Below, one piece after another: positions 62,457 to 64,000 of a stretch of 64,000 nucleotides of DNA. Positions within the stretch are counted from its first letter, which is position 1, and every line of letters starts with the position of its first letter. Position numbers and translations under genes: made by a program. The notes beneath the pieces were generated by a model. It searched no databases. It saw only the letters and a list, made by a program, of their open reading frames with translations, and was not told where the DNA came from. Source of the stretch: Candidatus Falkowbacteria bacterium (GTDB lineage: Bacteria; Patescibacteriota; Patescibacteriia; CAIXNZ01); assembly GCA_963774955.1 (NCBI GenBank), contig CAVZGV010000003.1, forward strand, positions 128,771 to 192,770, in the 5' to 3' direction.

Positions 62457-63155
62457 ATGCCTAAGAAAAAAAATATAATCCCAGTTCATCCAATGGAAAA
62501 AGCCATTCCTTTAAATAAAATGTCAGATATTACCTGGCGCATTTTTCGCATTATGGCTGAATTTGTGGAGGGCTTTCAGTTTTTATCGCAGTTTCATAAA
62601 GAAGTCACTATTTTCGGTTCAGCACGGTTGGATTCCAAATCAAAATGGTCCAAAGAAGCTGAAAAGCTTGGAGGCTTATTGGCTAAAAGCGGTTACTCAG
62701 TCATTACCGGTGGTGGACCAGGTATTATGGAATCGGGGAATAAGGGCGCTTTTAAAGTTAATCCCAGTAAATCAATCGGTATTAACATCCAATTACCCAC
62801 AGAACAACGGACCAATCCTTTTGTCTCTAAAAGTAAAGGGTTCTATTATTTTTTCACCAGAAAAGTCATGTTGGCGGCGTCAGCGCAATCATACATATTT
62901 TTTCCCGGTGGTTATGGTACAGCCGATGAATTTATGGAAATTCTGGTTTTGATACAGACCAAAAAGATGCAAAAGATTTCCATGATTTTAGTCGGCAAGG
63001 AATTTTGGACTCCTTTGGTTGATTGGTTTAAAAAAACCATGTTAGATAAATACCAGACCATTAACCCTGAGGATTTGAAATTGTTTAATATTGTTGATAA
63101 GGCCGAAGATGCCATGAAGATAATTAAGAAGTCACGGGAAAGAACGATTTTTTAA
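62457..63155 (+). CDS. LOG family (TIGR00730-like) nucleotide phosphoribohydrolase
   Basis: VTIFGSAR, TGGGPGIME, FFTRK, PGGYGTADE. Confidence 0.92.
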   Translation: MPKKKNIIPVHPMEKAIPLNKMSDITWRIFRIMAEFVEGFQFLSQFHKEVTIFGSARLDSKSKWSKEAEKLGGLLAKSGYSVITGGGPGIMESGNKGAFKVNPSKSIGINIQLPTEQRTNPFVSKSKGFYYFFTRKVMLAASAQSYIFFPGGYGTADEFMEILVLIQTKKMQKISMILVGKEFWTPLVDWFKKTMLDKYQTINPEDLKLFNIVDKAEDAMKIIKKSRERTIF

Positions 63156-63284
63156 ATAACAAATATTAAATAACAAATCACAAATAAGCATCAAATCTCA
63201 AATTTTAAATTTTAAACAGTTTGAAGTTTTGGGGTTTGATTATTGAAATTTATTTGGAGCTTGTAATTTGTGATTTGGTGCTTT
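63156..63284. repeat. AT-rich ~7-nt periodic imperfect inverted repeat
   Basis: (caaat..)n/(..atttg)n arms; near-identical core to the 19677 copy. Confidence 0.7.
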
Positions 63285-63294
63285 TATGTAAATT

Positions 63295-64000
63295 ATGTCA
63301 ATTATTACTAAAATAAAAGCAACTTCGGACTTGAAGTCTGACATCAAGAAATTAATCCAACCAATCATCGGCGATCTTGCCAGCTTTATCAAACCCACTG
63401 ACCGGGTTTTACTCAAACCGAATTTTAATACGGCTGATCCTTTTCCCGGCTCAACAGCTATTGATTTTTTACAGGCAGTAATTGAAGTTTTTAGCGAGGC
63501 CAAGCCCAAGGAACTTATTGTAGGTGAATCATGCACCTATTTTTTAAATACTGAAAAAGTTTGTCAGGCCAAAGGCGTCCCGGCCATCATGGAAAAATTT
63601 AAAGTTACCTGGCACAATTTTGAAAGCGGGGAGTGGGTGAAAGTAAATATTCCGGGTGGTAAATATTTTAAAAGCATTAAAATTCCTAAACTAATTCAGG
63701 AGGTTGATAAACTGATTTTATTGCCTTGCTTGAAAACTCATTTTTTGGCTGCCTATACCGGCGCTCTAAAAATTAATATTGGAATGCTCAAGCCCTCGTT
63801 ACGGGGACGCTTGCATTTGAATCATTTGCAGGAGCGAGTGGCTGAAGTCGCTTCGGTTTTTAAACCAGATTTGATTATCATGGACGGACGCAAGTGTTTT
63901 ACCGAAGGCGGGCCTGATAAAGGCAAAGTGGAAGAGCCAAATATATTAATGGCCGGGAATGACATGGTGGCTGTTGATGTGGAGGGCATTAAAATTTTAC
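63295..64000 (+). CDS. DUF362 family protein (runs off window)
   Basis: VLLKPNF, VGES, LPCLKTH, TGALK, IIMDG, DMVAVD. Confidence 0.85.
   Translation, partial: MSIITKIKATSDLKSDIKKLIQPIIGDLASFIKPTDRVLLKPNFNTADPFPGSTAIDFLQAVIEVFSEAKPKELIVGESCTYFLNTEKVCQAKGVPAIMEKFKVTWHNFESGEWVKVNIPGGKYFKSIKIPKLIQEVDKLILLPCLKTHFLAAYTGALKINIGMLKPSLRGRLHLNHLQERVAEVASVFKPDLIIMDGRKCFTEGGPDKGKVEEPNILMAGNDMVAVDVEGIKIL

Overview
An AT-rich bacterial chromosomal segment that looks like Patescibacteria/CPR (Parcubacteria-like). This is inferred from gene style, core genes mostly lacking a Shine-Dalgarno (SD) motif, and GRILLQVE-repeat surface proteins. Core content: SPFH, ftsI-like PBP, murF, tRNA-Glu, SdpR/SdpI, a MacAB-like ABC exporter, hrcA(CIRCE)-grpE-dnaK...dnaJ, a flippase/glycosyltransferase/Wzy glycan locus, dnaG-rpoD, tRNA-Asn, ABC-F, LCP, DedA, CBS-mgtA, surface proteins, mutS...mutL, LOG and DUF362. 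Several core genes carry clustered frameshifts that look like long-read indel errors. The best candidate for an undescribed system is a visibly GC-richer six-gene operon (5291-11507) directly behind tRNA-Glu and an att-like tRNA 3' half. It encodes two small proteins, a two-domain AAA+ ATPase, a vWA/MIDAS protein, a truncated pyruvate-kinase-like barrel and a PurA-like ligase with an altered substrate loop. The window also has several palindromic repeat families: a 30-bp double hairpin inserted in frame right after start codons and into an anticodon, REP-like elements nested in terminator loops, a 380-bp MITE-like insertion, and AT-rich 7-9-nt periodic hairpins. Many self-contained promoter-SD-ORF-terminator mini-cassettes also occur. 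All calls are by eye from motifs; no database searches were run.
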